A stretch of 64,000 bases of DNA from the human T2T-CHM13v2.0 reference genome, Homo sapiens. The stretch is taken from NCBI RefSeq assembly GCF_009914755.1, contig NC_060941.1; one strand, 5' to 3'. Under the pieces are notes generated by a model. The model made no database searches. It saw only the letters and a list, made by a program, of their open reading frames with translations, and was not told where the DNA came from. The position numbers and the translations under genes were made by a program. Positions 1 to 16,272 of the stretch are shown piece after piece (the first letter of the stretch is position 1; every line of letters starts with the position of its first letter).

Positions 1-329
1 CTGGCTGTTCCCTCTGCCCCATCTTCTCTTTGCTCTGATCTTTGTATGGCTGGCTGCTTCCTGTCATTGTCAGCTCCTTAGAGACTCTTTTTTGACCAAC
101 TAATCTAAAGTATTTTAATTTTCTGCATTTTTCTTATTTATATTTTATGTAAATTTATATTTATTCATTTTTGGGGGGAAAACTATAGTCGAGATTATAG
201 AAAATGTTCAATAAGTGTTTTAAAACAGATGGAATTTAAAGCATTCTTGTGATTCCAAGTTATCAATTATCATTATCATTTTTTTATATGACATGGTATC
301 ATTAAGCAACATTATCAACAATAAATTAA

Positions 330-860
330 CAATAGCAACAATATATTACACTTATTGAGTGATTACTTTACGGAGGTACTACTATTCCAAGTGTTTTGTA
401 TATATTATCTTATTTAACCCTCTAGCAATGCTTCAAGGTAGTTATTATTATTATCCCCATTTTACACATGAGGAAACAGGCATGAAAAGGGTATGTAATT
501 TGTCCAAAGTCACACAACTGAAAAATGACAGAGCCAGGAATCAAACCAGGCAGACTGATTTCAGGTCCTCCATGCTTAACTCCTTAATATTTTATTATTA
601 TGATAATTACTGACACCAGTAATGATAGGCAGTGTTAATTAAATAGCTATGATGTACCAGGAATCTAGGCTTTTTACTTAGGTTAATTTCTCATAACAGT
701 CCTATGAAATGTTATTTTACTTATTTCACAGATGCAAAAACAGGGTCATAGAAGTTAAATTTCTGGCCCATGATCAAGCAGCAAGTAAGTGGCATAATCA
801 GAATTCCACCCACAATGTGATTTCAGATCAGTGCTCTTTCTGCTATGCTATGATGCCAGT
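330..860 (-). mobile_element. Two MIR fragments
   Basis: MIR core CCCCATTTTACACATGAGGAAACAGG and ATTTCACAGATGCAAAAAC. Confidence 0.7.
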
Positions 861-1080
861 ATTTCCTCCCAAAAGGCTGAAACTTTTTCATGGTCCATAA
901 ACCATGAATTCAGGGACTCATGTTGAAACTGGGAAAGTCTTTCATATTTGTAATTTCCTCAGCTCTTTTGTTCACCCAACAAATATTTATAGATTGCCTA
1001 ATATGTGCTGATGCACTATTGTACGGGGAGGACTCCCTTATTCTCAGTGAACTAGGCCTCTCTGACGAGTCTATTCTCAC

Positions 1081-1247
1081 CTGTGAAGAAACTTCTCGTA
1101 TGTCTGGCGGAAGGCAAATCCTGCCCGACGCACTCTCACATTTTCCAGTAGTCCAAGATATTCTACTTGGTGCCGGCAGCGTTCATCATCAAATATCTGT
1201 GGAGATTTCTTGTCATTGGGTTTGATGCAACGAACGTAATATGGTTC
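1081..1247 (-). CDS. MYO1D: Myosin-Id coding exon 15 (167 nt)
   Basis: [55 protein letters not shown](R); conserved myosin YVRCIKPN motif; CAG|GTGAG donor. Confidence 0.97.
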
Positions 1248-2301
1248 CTAAAGAAATAAATCAGCAAATGGTAAGTTTCACTGGAGAAAATTTCCCAGCT
1301 AGGGACACTAACATGTAATTAGTGTTAATTGTGTCAAGTTAAGCTCAGTGCCTCTAATTTCTCAGGCATACACTTGTGAATAAAGTAGTTATTCTTCCGT
1401 TCTCCTTCAATTCAAGGTTAGAAGTTCTCATGCATTCAGCCAAATTTTTGTTTAATTATGTTTTAGGGTTTATTAGGAATAGTAGAAAAGGGATAAAACT
1501 AGGAAGTAAATAACAGAGACGTAAAGATCGAGTTTCTGTGTATTTATGAAAACAAGGTTAAAGCAGCTGAAGGAGTAATTCAATAGAAAAAGGCAGCAGC
1601 TAACGATGAAAATGGATGGAGAATGTAAAAGGACATTCTTTGTTAATGTTAATATTATGTTAAGGAATGATAGGGACGGACAGCTCTGGTATATAGTAAG
1701 TGCTCCTTAAGTGTCAGCCATCATTATTAATATTATTGCATTAGTTTGCACTTTCGGAAAAGAGATTAAACTTCACGGGTAAGTAGAGAAGTTCCAAAAC
1801 CACCTACAGGCATCACTGATTCTATGAAGGAGCTCAGCTAGCAATCCTTCCCTCTGTGCCAATTAAGTTTTATACTACATATTAGATCATAACCCCTTTT
1901 AAATATAAAACCATGCTTGGCATAGATCCTGGTACACTGAAGATAATGAATAAATTATCACTGGATGAATCAATGAGGTCAAATGTATCCTACAAGTGTA
2001 AAGAATTTCTTTTTCTTCTCTGAATCTGTTATCTATCAGACACACACAGATGCACTTTGATTAAGATACAGAATACTCTGTAGTTAAATTAGGCAGTTTT
2101 GAGCTCTGCTGAGGGCTAGAAGTAGAAACGGGTAGTAAATAATTTAAGAAGTAGGAGAGATTTGAAGGATGTAAATTTACTTGCATTTTGAACAGAATAA
2201 CAGTTTTCAACACCTAAAAAAAGAAACTCCGATAGTACATTTATCATGCTGTCCTACATGGTGAAAGGTAATGCCATTTTTTGCCTTTTTCTAGGCCCTG
2301 C

Positions 2302-3503
2302 TGTATTAGTTTCCTATTGCTGCTATAGCAGATTATCATAAATCTAGTATATTAAAACAACACAGTTTTATTATCTCACATTTCTGGAGGTCAGAAGTCT
2401 GAAATAGGTTTAACTGAGTCAAAAGTCAATGTGTCAGCAGGGTTGGTGTTTTTGGGAGCTCCAGAAGAAAACCCATTTTCTCTTATTTTCCAGCTTCTGG
2501 AGGCTGCCCACATTCCTTGGCTGGTGGCCCCCTTCCATCTTCAAAGCCAGCAATGGCCAGTTGAGTCTTTTATGATGTCACCTCTTCGTTCTGACTTTTC
2601 TGCTTCCCTCCTTCCCACTGAAGGACTCGTGATAGCACTGGGCTCACTTGGGTAATGGAGGATAAGCCCTTATTTTCAAGCCCATTTATTAGTAGCCTTA
2701 TCTCCATCTGCAACCTTAATTCCACCTTGCCACAGCACATATCATGTTCATAGGTTCTGGGGATTAGGATGTGGACATCTGGGATGACTATGGTATAGTA
2801 ATAGTAAGAATAAAAAATATTATCTACCAGCCTTTGTTCCTGGTTTCTGGCATAGCGCTTCAAAAACTTATGAAATTTCTTCAGTGACAGGAGTGTCTTA
2901 GTTATGATAATGAGGTGACTCATAGCTGGGCATCTAGATAGCTTCAGGATGGGAGCTGGTCACCAGAAAACTCCGTCATGTGCTGGAACTTACAGCTGCC
3001 TGACCTCTGGGCAGGTTAGGGGGACTAAAGATTAAGCTTAATCATGTGACCAAAGATTTAGTCAATCATGCCTTTGTGATGAAACGCTGATAAAACAAAA
3101 AAAACAAAACCTCAGGACGCTGAGCCTCACAACGGCGTCTTGGTTGGTGAACACATGGATGTACTCAGAGGGTGGTGCACCCTGATTCCAGGGGGACAGA
3201 AGCTCCTGCGCTTGGACCCGAGTTCTGTGAATCATTCTAGTGAATTATCAAACCTGAAGAGGGGGGTCATGGGAATCCTCAAATTTATACCCAAGTTATA
3301 TATAAGGGCAGGTGTTCTGTGGACCTCACTTGCAGCTGGTGTCTGAAGTAAAGGAGAGTCTTATTAGGGACCCTGTCCTTTAATTTTTTAGATTAATGCT
3401 AACTCTGGGTAGTTAGTGTAAGAACTGAATTGAATTGTAGGACACTTAGCTGATGTTAGAGAGTTGCTGTTGCTATGCAGAGGCCACTATTCTGCCTAGT
3501 ACA
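2302..3503 (-). mobile_element. MLT1 (MaLR) LTR interrupted by MER21
   Basis: TGTATTAGTTTCCTATTGCTGCT start, GGATTAGGATGTGGACATCT then GGCCACTATTCTGCCTAGTACA; perfect 5-bp TSD CCTGC (2297-2301, 3504-3508). Confidence 0.85.
2790..3475 (+). mobile_element. MER21-type LTR
   Basis: CTTTGTTCCTGGTTTCTGGCATAG..., TTGGTTGGTGAACACATGGATGTACT..., GAATTGAATTGTAGGACAC motifs; boundaries approximate. Confidence 0.75.
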
Positions 3504-3527
3504 CCTGCCCTTTTTCATCTTGTCATC

Positions 3528-3945
3528 TGTAGCAGAAGGAAAAACATGACCTCAATATCTTGCACCACCTCCCAGTAAGAGGTGGAGTCTCTACACCACT
3601 TCTCGAATCTGGCTTGGCCTGTGACATGCTTTAACCAGTAGAATGCAGCAGAAGCAACACTGGGTTACTTCTGGAAGTCCATCCTCGAGAGGGTCTGCCT
3701 GCCCTCTTGGACCACTTCTACCATGTGAAGAAGCCCGGGATTAAAGACTACATGAAGAAAAGATGCTCAGTCATCCAGGCACGCCATTTGAGTGAGCTCA
3801 TCTTAGCCTATCTCGCCCCAGCTGACTGCAGCTGCTTGGTGAGCCCAGCAGAACTGCCCAGTCAACCCCTGAATCATGACAAAGAACCATTATTTTAAGC
3901 ACTATATTTTACAGTGATTTGTTATGGATTGATAGATAACTTACA
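3528..3945 (+). mobile_element. MLT1 (F/G/H-like) MaLR LTR
   Basis: AAGAGGTGGAGTCT..., GGCCTGTGACATGCTTTAACCAGTAGAATGCAGCAGAAG, 3' TTTTAAGC...TTTGTTATG...GATAAC. Confidence 0.7.
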
Positions 3946-5294
3946 CTTCTTCCCTATTCTGGAATACCAACCCTTTCATTAGATATTAAATTTTGGTATA
4001 TTTTATTATAAAGCACAAGCAGAATCCTACTTTAAAAATAGTGATGTGTGATCAAACGTTCACTAAATCTGTAATGATTTTCAAGTGGAGCATCTATATT
4101 GGGGGAACAACTGTAGCTCACTTTAAAAAATGGCTTATAGTAAGTTTTTTAAAAAACTTAATAGGATGGGGAAGTCGGGCGGAGGCACTGTTTACTTAAG
4201 GATTTTCTACTGGTTTGCTGGAATAGAATGCCTTTACTTTTTGGTGAATAAACCAAGAAAAGTGGCACTGAGCACAGTAAATGCCAAAATGCTACCAGAT
4301 TTATCTGCATGTTTGGCACCAGTGTAACAGAATAAGCATTGTACAAAATCAGAACACTTGAGTCTTGGCTGTAAATTCTCTCTGGAACTAATTAGCTAAT
4401 TTATGAAATGAAGATACGGGGGCTTTCTTTGAGTAATGACAGACTAGGTAATTTAAACTGACACCCGTGCTGAGGGTTAACTAGAATAGGTAAACAAAAT
4501 AAACAAAACGTTTGCCAGAAGACATGGGAGATCTAACAACACAGTGGAGAATTTACTGGGTCAGAATCCAGGAGAGGAAGAAAACCGTGGAGGAGAACCC
4601 AGGTTTGAGGCTGCCTTTTTTTCCTGGGGAAATTTGCCAGTTCCAGAGAAGGTAGATGGGATCTGAGTAGTGATTCTGGCAGCTTCATGGGCCTAGTGGG
4701 ACAAAGATTAGCGAGCAAGGCCTGAAAAGGAGGGGACACAGGTAAACCCCTCTCACTTTGGGTTAGGATCCCACCAACAGGAATAAGGATGAAGTAGAAG
4801 GAGGCAGTCCTTTACAGAGCCCATAATTCAGCTTTGAATCACCTAAGTCCTTGAAATTGGAATAGCTGATTTGGAATACTATTGTTCTTAGGTAACTAAA
4901 AGAAGCAAAATTAACTCTTCCCTGAAGAAAAATCACATAAACTTGGGCCTCCAATTATTTCTGCAGATAATTTTGCAAATATAATATTTGGAACAAAATA
5001 AAAAGTAACCAGACATGTAAGTAGCCAAGTAAACTGGAATTAGAAACAGCAAAACAAAATAAAAAAATAAACGAACCTGCAGGTATCCAGACACTGGAGT
5101 TATCAGATAGAGATATTAAAATAACTATGCTTACCATGTTCAAGGTGACAAAAGACAATAATGAGAATTTTGTATAGAACCAGAAACTATGAAAAAGAAC
5201 CAAGCCAAATGGAAACCTAGAACTGAAAAATATAATAAAGGAAATTAAGAACTCAGTGGATCAGTACAAGAGTAGATTAGAAGTAGGTGAAGAA

Positions 5295-5591
<297 letters not shown>

Positions 5592-6131
5592 AGAAATAGG
5601 TGAAGAAAAAAAAAATGAATGTACTAGAAGTTAGGTGAGAAGAAATTTTCTGGAATGAAGCATGGATAGATAAAAAGATGGAAAATAAAGATGGGAGGCT
5701 AAGAGGTATAGAAGACACAGTGAGATGGAGTTCTAAAGGAGAGGAGACAGAAGGGACAGAAGAAATATTTGAAAAGAACTTGCTAAAACTGATTAAAAAA
5801 AAGGGGAGCTACAAATGGAAGAGATTCTACAAACTACAAGCATATTTTAAAAAAAATCTACACCTAAGCACATCATAGTGAAACTTCTGAAAATCAAAGC
5901 AGCCAGAGGGAAAAAAAAGATTACCTTAAGGAGCAACAAAGAGACAGACTGACAGCTAACTTCTCAAAAGAAACTATGAAATCCAGAAGACAAAGGAACA
6001 CTATCTTTGAAGTGCCAAAAGACACTGCTAACGTAGAATTTTACACTGAGCAAAAATATTCTTCAAGAATGAAAACAGTATAGAAATATTTTTTGGTAAA
6101 CAAAAACAACATTTGTCACCCTCAGATTTCA

Positions 6132-6810
<679 letters not shown>

Positions 6811-6837
6811 ACTGGCTTTAAAAATGTATATGCATGT

Positions 6838-6931
6838 TATTTTGGTATATAATTAAAATACATGACCAAATATATTTTGGTATATAATTAAAATACATGC
6901 ATGTTATTTTGGTATATAATTAAAATACATG
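6838..6931. repeat. Three copies of TATTTTGGTATATAATTAAAATACATG
   Basis: Copies at 6838, 6873 and 6905. Confidence 0.9.
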
Positions 6932-7133
6932 ACCAAAATAGCATACAAGTTAGGAGGAAGGTAAATGGAATTAAATTGGCCTTGTATTTCCTAGGAAGGA
7001 GGCAAAAGTACCAAATAACATTAGATTTTTATATTCAAGAATGATATTGCAATAAGTCAAGTAACCACTATAACAGTATTTAAGTAAATCTTCCAAAATA
7101 ATAAAGAGAATAAATAAAATGATAAAAAATACT

Positions 7134-7669
7134 TGCAACACCAGTGGAGGGGAAAGAGTATGATCTTAGGTCTAACTAAACATTTTGACTCAGAATACTC
7201 ATAGGCCACATTTGGCACCAATCTCTTCAAAAGGCCAAGAACACGGTTTGCTAGCAGGTAGCGTCAGTGTCCTTGGAGCAGTCCACACAGCAGTCAAGTG
7301 ACAGCTTAGGTGTAAGGAGATGAGATCCACATTGGACATGTGTGCGAGGTGAACTTGGCTTAAAAGCCTCATGCCCCACAGGACCAAATATCTCTTAGAA
7401 CAGCTCAGAAGACATAGCTTCAAGGGTCCAGCAAAGGACAGACCTAATACAAGAGTCACTAAGCTCAGGCAAACCCAAAGTATATAAAACCCACCAGACA
7501 TCATTCTCCCAAGACAGATGCAATTTACTGACAGGGATAATTCTGACCATAAGTAATGTTGTTAAGTGATACATGTCTTACTAGGTTGCCAGAGGAACAG
7601 AGCTAGAAATTTAACTGAGGTTAAGCTGTCAAGGGGAAGGAATAAAGTTTTGTTTACCTTTCTCCCACA
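7134..7669 (+). mobile_element. Solo LTR, family not assigned, inserted in an old L1
   Basis: TG...CA ends, ATACT/ATAAT near-TSD, TATATAAAA near 7481, AATAAA at 7641; L1 sequence resumes on both sides. Confidence 0.65.
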
Positions 7670-8269
7670 ATAATCAATCTAAAAGAAATACAGAAAAAAA
7701 GAAAATAAATACAGAAGAGTCAAATAGAAGCATTAACAAGATGCCTGATTTAAATGCAACACACACTATATTAAAAGTAAATGAACTAAATGATTTATTC
7801 AAAAGACAAAAATTGTCAGACTGGATTAAAAAAATCAAAGCTAACTATATGCTACTTATGAGAGACACACTTGAAACATAAGGATATAGAAAGATTGAAA
7901 GTAAAAGGATGAAAAAGATATACCATGCAAACTCTAGCCAAAAGAAAAGCTGGCATAGCTATATTATTCATGCAAAGCAGATTTCAAGGCAAAAAGCAAT
8001 ATGGAAATAGAGATGTTTCATAATGATAAATGACTCAAACACCAGGAAGATATAACAGTTCTAACTTGAATGAGCCTAACAAATTCTCTAAATATTTACA
8101 CAAAAAATCAAAGGTACAATAAGGACAAGCAGATAAATTCAGAATCAAGGCAGAGTTTAAAACACCTTTCAATGTTTACAAAACAAAGAAGTCAGGAAGA
8201 AAATAGAAAAGTTGAACAATATTATTAGCAAACTTGACCTAATGGACTTGTATAGAATATTGAATGCAA

Positions 8270-8564
<295 letters not shown>

Positions 8565-10758
8565 GCAAATTATTTTTTAAAGACAAACAAAACATATACA
8601 TAAAGCAAATTTAGCAAATTTCTAAAAATTGAAACCACACAGAGTATGTCTTTTGATGAAATAAGACTAAGCTAGAAATCAAGAGCAAAAAGATAATGAG
8701 AAAATCCTATATGTTGAAAATTAAGAAAAATACTTCTGAACAACTAAACCTTAGGTCAAAAAGGAAATTACAATGTGATTTGGAAAATATTTTGGACTGA
8801 ATAATGTATAAAATCATGTAGGCAACGCAATCTTATAAGGCATCATATGAAGAGTATTAATACAACTTTATTAACCAGAAAATAGTTGAATGGACTATTA
8901 CCAGTACTGAGTGATTACGCATAGGAAGTGGCAATATTGGATGAGACACTAACAACCAACTAAGAAATGGGGGGAAGCCCTTTCATCCTGTTTAGTGATA
9001 TAAAAGTCTTTGGATAAGGAATATAGTGGGAATACTTTCTCTATATTTAATCAGCATTCTGTCTCAATTTATAAATGCTGCCTCCTCTCTCATTTATAAA
9101 TATCCAGACTGACTCAGCCTAAGAAATCCTAAATTTGGCAAATTCAGAGTGTCTTATAAAGGTTAAATTGCAAAAGTTAATAGTGATCTTATTCTCTTGA
9201 ACTTTTTCACCTGTCTCTCCCTATATATTTTACGGGAAAAAAAACACCATTTGTGAAAGTACACCAATCAGTATATAGATTAGCTAGACTACACTATCTA
9301 AATATACCTCTATTTAACTTGCTTTGAACACTGTCAAATAGTCATAGCAAATTCAAGTTCATTTAATAATTTACTGACAATCTGTTTTAGTACCTTATTA
9401 GGTATTAATACATAAAATTAACAAAACCCATTCTCTAGATTCAAAAGATTTATAATCTGGGTGGGGATACAAGTCATGAACTGAAGGCACTATGGACTCT
9501 GTGAAAGTGAGGAGCCAGGGACGTCTACTTCTGGTAATGGAGCACTAGGTAATACTTATCAATCTTCCTGATGAAGTTACTAAAAAAAAGTGCTAGACAA
9601 AATATGGGGAAAAGGTTTTGGTAAGTGCATCTCGGAGCTAATAAGATAGTGAGGAAAGACCTGGCCAAAATCAGAAAACTAAAATCAAGTTGAGTGAGCC
9701 TACACCTCATGGTTGTTTTTGTCTTAGAAGCTACTGTTGATATGGAAAAGACAGTCATAAGGCTGAACATAGCTTCTGGCTTTCATGGGACTTGGGTACC
9801 AAAGTTAGAACCTGGGGTCTTGGATGAGGGACTGTAGTTTGGTCTGGAATCCTGAATAGCTAAACCAGGGAGATAAAGGTGAATGGACGACAGCCCAACA
9901 CTGAGCTACTACAGGCCCTGAAATGGGATAAAGGTGATCCCAGACTGTCGAACTGATATAAACTTTCAGTTGTTCTATTTCCTTACGGGTGTCACTAATA
10001 AATAGCATATATCTGGATTCTTTTTCTTCAGTCTGAATTGGTTTTTATCCATTTACATTCAATGTAATTACTAATATATTTATATTTGTTTCTACCAAAT
10101 ATCCAGCTTTCCCATGTTCTTTTGTTTCTTCTTTTTTATGTTTTTGTTTTGGGGGCAGGGAGGATTCTTTGTTTTTATTGTTTTTTTTTTTCTTTTCCTT
10201 CTCTACTAGTTTGGAATTTATAACCTCTATTTTCTACTATTTTCAATGATTATGTTAGAAAATTTTCACATGTATTTTTAACTCATCAGAGTTGAACGTT
10301 AAACAATATTTTTATTATTTTTTTCTGAACTAAGGACCTTAAACACTGGAATTACAATTACCTGCTCTTCTAATTGATATGCAATTGTTACTGTGATAAC
10401 TCTAATCTGTATTTTCCATTCCACAAAATATTATTTTACAGAGTTCATTTACATGCATCTACGTATTTACCAATTCTTTGCTCTTCTTTTCTTTTTGCAT
10501 TTCAGAGTTTCACTTAGTATACTCTTCCTATTGTCTGATGAATATCTTTTAGAATCTCCTTAAGTGAGGTTGATAAACTCTCTGTTTTTGGTTTTTGTTT
10601 TTCAGAAAGATTCTTTATTGTGCCTTTGTTCTGGAAAAAATGTATTCCCTGGGTATAGAATTTGGTTTACGTTTATTTTCTCTCAGCCTAATTGTCATAC
10701 TTTTGAATCTAATCTGTCTTTTCTCTGGCTGCTTTTAAGATATTTTCTTTGTCTTTAA

Positions 10759-11262
<504 letters not shown>

Positions 11263-11658
11263 ATGTGTCTTAATGTTTCTTTTATATGTTTCATTTCTTA
11301 GTCTAAGTGGAATTCTGGATAATCCTTCAGTTCTTATTTTCATTTCACTACTTTCTCTTCAGCTTTATGTAAACTGATGTTAAACCTATCCATTGAATTT
11401 TTAATTTTAATTACTTAGTTTTTATTTCTATCAATTGTCTAGTTGCTTGTTCTCTCTCATTTTCTGGCCTTTCATTTCTTGATGTATATTAAGCATTCTC
11501 ATATTCTCTTTCTGATCATTTCTGTATCAGAAGTTTTCATGAGTCTGAACCTGCTGTTTGTTGTTTAGTTTGCCTTTTACTTATAGTATCTTGTAGTGAT
11601 TCTTTACTGTGAGCTAATTTTCCTTAGAGCTTTGTGGAAATTCTTTAAGGTCTGGTAT

Positions 11659-13340
11659 TGGTGGCCCATCTGGAGCAGCTGCTGCCATGATGCTGGCTGC
11701 AGTGGGGGAGGTGCATCTGGGGTTGTGTGCTCCGTGGAGCTGGCAGTAGCCAGGAACAGGTGGAAGCCCCGCCCCCTTCCAAGTTGGCTGGGTGGGATCA
11801 TCGCACTTCCTGGGTGCAGCTGTGGCCGCCCAGCTACGGTGCAGGACCCAGGCATCCCTGTGCTCTTGGGGGCTGGGAGCAGGCAGGAGCCCCAACCTCC
11901 TGGGTGAAGCCATAACCACCCAGCCATGGCTGTAGACCTGGGTACCTCTGCACTCCCGGGGACATGGGAAGCTCCCCTGCCCCTGTTGGCTTGGATGTGC
12001 TGCTCCCAACGTCTGGCCTCTCCCTGGTCTTGGCGCCCACTCTGATTTCAGAGCAAAGTTGAGGCTGAGCCTGGGCACTGTTGCAACCCAGCTGGGTATG
12101 CGCACACTTGGGGCAGTGCTGACATGCCAGCCCCCTGCTACCTTGGCCCCCTTCAGACTTTGGATGCCAAAGAGCACAGCGGAAGGCCAACGGGGTGCTG
12201 AGGGCAGCTTGGTGTGGGCCTGGAGGCACCCCTTGGCACGAACAGTCTGGACTCTGTGGGTGCTGTGGATGGCAGGTTAATGGTGGCAGGAGGCAGACAG
12301 GTGCCTGGGCAGAAAGGGGTGGGTCGCTGGTGAAATCCCACCTTTGGGCCAGGCTGCCAGTTCCATGGTCCAGAGTGAGAACTTATAGTGCTTTTTCCAG
12401 GCCTGCCTATGGACCAATCAGCGCACACTTCCCCTCCTCTGAAGCCCATAAAAACCCCAGACTCAGCCAGACTCAGGCAGACAATGGGATAACCTGCCTG
12501 TGGAGAGGAGCTACCCACCATGGGTCTCCTCTCTGCTGAGAGCTGAGCAGATGATGGGACGACCTGCCTGCAGAGAGGAGCTAGCTTCATACTGCTGGTC
12601 TCCTCTATGCTGAGAGATGAGTAGACAATGGGAGGACCTGACTGCAGAGAGGAGCTACCCACTGAGATTCTCCTCTGAGCTGTTCTGTCACCCAATAAAG
12701 CACCTCTTTGCCTTGCTCACCCTCTATTTGTATGCATACCTCATTCTTCCTGGACACAGGACAACAACTCAGAATCCACTGAATGGCAGGGCTAAAAGAG
12801 CTGTAACACAAACAGGGCTGAAACATGCCCTTTGCTTGTCACGTTGTGGGTGACGAGGAGTGAAGAGAGAAGGAGAAGAGCTGTGGCCCTTCAGGGAGCC
12901 CAGACCTAGGAGCTCCCCAAGCCAGGGCTGATATACTCTTTGGGGCTCTGCAGTTCCTGGTATTTCCAAGCTTCTGGGCACCACTGCATTCCCCAGTGCC
13001 AGCCATGGAAGCTGCTTGCAGTATGCCTGGTCCAGCCGCAGCCTCACAGGGAACCAGTGTCTGTGCCGGCACCTGGAGCTGCCCGCTCTGCTGCAGCCTG
13101 TGTGCTTGGCTGTGTGCAGTGGCTGGACCTTATGCTCGCTCATTCACACTCCCCTTGCCATTCTGTGCCTGGCTCACCCTTGGCAAGTGTGGAATCCAGG
13201 CTGGTAGGGCAAGCTGAGTGCAGCCTGCGAGGCTGAGTAGGTGGAACAAGCCTGGCAGGCTTGAGCAAAACTCAGGCAAAGGCACCACCAGGCACAAAGG
13301 TTTCTGGTGAGAAAAGTCACACCCCAAGGATTCTGTGACA
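11659..13340 (+). mobile_element. MER52-type ERV1 solo LTR (~1.68 kb)
   Basis: TG...CA ends, perfect 4-bp TSD GTAT, GC-rich, CATAAAAA near 12447 and AATAAA near 12694, ends ACCCCAAGGATTCTGTGACA. Confidence 0.85.
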
Positions 13341-14846
13341 GTATGAAGATAGTTTCCTAAGGAAAACAGTTTTACTTGCTTTTTTCAGATGCCTGGGGCA
13401 ATTATAAGACCTGGACCACCTTTAATCAAATTGTCAGTTTGAGGCTTTTTCAAGCTACCCAGATAGTATGAGTTTGGGTTGCAAACCACCTAAAAGCTCA
13501 CTTATGATTATAAATTCCCAAGAGAGATTCACACCCCCTCCACCCATGGCTGAGTGCCAAGGACCAAGACAGGCAGTTTTCCTTACTGATAATGGGGAAT
13601 TACTTCTAGTTCACTCTACATGTAGCCCTTTAAAGACTCACCATTGTGTGTGTGTGTGTGCACAGAATTCCTTATTAGATACCCTACTTTGGGCAGGCCC
13701 TGGGCTTCACTTCAAGGACCCAGCCTTGAATAACTATATTCAAAGTTACACACTTCAGCAAATCCCCACAGGGTGAGGGGCAGCTTTAGGGGTTTTTTCC
13801 TTCACTCAGTTAACTTCTGTATTCACTCAGCTCCTGGCTTGTATATTTCTTACTTTTCGTTAGTTCATGGCTAGATTCAAGATGTTGATTTTTATATTTT
13901 ATCTAACATTTTAGTTGTTTTCAGTTGGCTTTAGTGGGCACCTCATTCACCATGTTGCCAGAAAATGCATTATTCATATATTTTTGAGGTCTTTACATCT
14001 GTGTTTCTAAGTTAAATTGATCTCTAATTTTATTTTCTCATATTAAGCTTGTATTAAGGTAATATTAATCTCATTAAATGAGTTGAGTAGTTGCCTCTCT
14101 TCTTCCCACCCTCCAAAACAGTTTCCATATGATAGGGATTAATGGCTCCACAAAGGTTTTATAAAACTGATTTGTAAAACCATCTAGATCTGATGTCCTT
14201 GGCAACGTTGGGAAAAGGTGGATTTATCATCAGTTATTCGGATTCTTTAAGGTTACTGATATATTCAGGTTGCCCCATTCTTCTTGAATTAATTTTGATA
14301 ACTTTTTTTTTCTAGAAAACCATCTACATTTTCAAATTCATTGGCATATAGTTATCCATAATATTCTGATACTTTAAAAAAATCTCCATAATGTCTGCAC
14401 AGTAATAGCCCTTTTTTTGTTCATAATTTTTTAATTTATCAGCTTTATTAGAGGTCTTATTGATTACTTTTTTGTTCCATTACTTTAAAGTTTTACTATT
14501 TTAAAAAATATTTTCTTACTTCTTTCTTCAGGTTTTCTTTGGAGTTCCTTTTCTGGCTTCTTAAGTTGTGCTTAGCTCATTAACTTTTCAGTCTTTCTTG
14601 TTATTTTACAAAGGCAACAAATGGATCACTTTAGCAGTATTCTATAAATTCTGACAAATTTTTTGTCATGCACTTCCTAACATTTTATAATTTCCATTGT
14701 GATTTCTTCTTCAAACTATGACCTGTTTAGGAGAGTACTTTTAAAGTTCCAAAACATATTACATTTTTTTAATGCTGATTTTTATTTTACTTGCTTTGAA
14801 GATGAAAACTGTATCTGTATATGCACTTCTTCAAAATAGTTGAGAT

Positions 14847-15544
<698 letters not shown>

Positions 15545-16272
15545 TGATGTATACTTTAAAGGCATATGTATTTCCTATTCTCTGGGTACAGGGTTCCTTT
15601 GATCTATTAGATAAAGTTTAAATTTGGTTTTCAAAGCTTCTGCATTCTCACTAACATTTTTTGTCTGCTTCATCTATCATTTATCTTTCTGACAGCACTG
15701 GTTTAAAATCTCCCACTATGATGGTGGACTTGTCAATTTTTCCTTTAAAATTTTTCAGGTTTTTTTTTTCTTTATAGAATTTACAAGAAGTATGGGTATG
15801 TTGTTAGGTACCATGTTAGTTCAACATGGCTTGTCTTGGATAATTTTGATATCACTAGTTTATCTGTATTAATACTTGCTTTCTTAAATTCTATGTTCTT
15901 TCACATGAATGTTGCTTTTAACCGTTTTTGGTGAGAGGTGGCTTGATATCTTTCTACGTCTTTGTTTTTGAGCTTTCTGCATAGTGTTATTTATGTGTGT
16001 CTCCTCTAAGGAGCATATAGCTGGATTTTCCACCTATCTAGTCTGCTTAGTCTATTTACATTATGATGAATACCAATTATTTAGATTTATTTCTATCATA
16101 TTATTTTGTTCTAAATGCAACTCTTTTTTTTTTTTTCTGCTGTCCTCTAGAACCTCTCAGTCTGGCTTTACCTTCTTGCCTTCTATTGTACTGATAAGTT
16201 GTCTATATTCTTCTGCTTATCTCTGCTCCCTCCCTTCTCCCCTGATCTCCATACACACATGGATTGGGAAGC

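Noticed and set aside
920-1225. 101-aa + strand ORF
   Set aside because: Antisense shadow of MYO1D exon 15.
6838-6931. Repeat-spacer-repeat pattern as a CRISPR-like array
   Set aside because: Eukaryotic intron, 5-8 nt spacers and no cas genes; a simple tandem duplication.
11596-13327. Many overlapping 100-190 aa ORFs on both strands
   Set aside because: They lie inside a GC-rich LTR where stop codons are rare, and show no recognisable protein motif.
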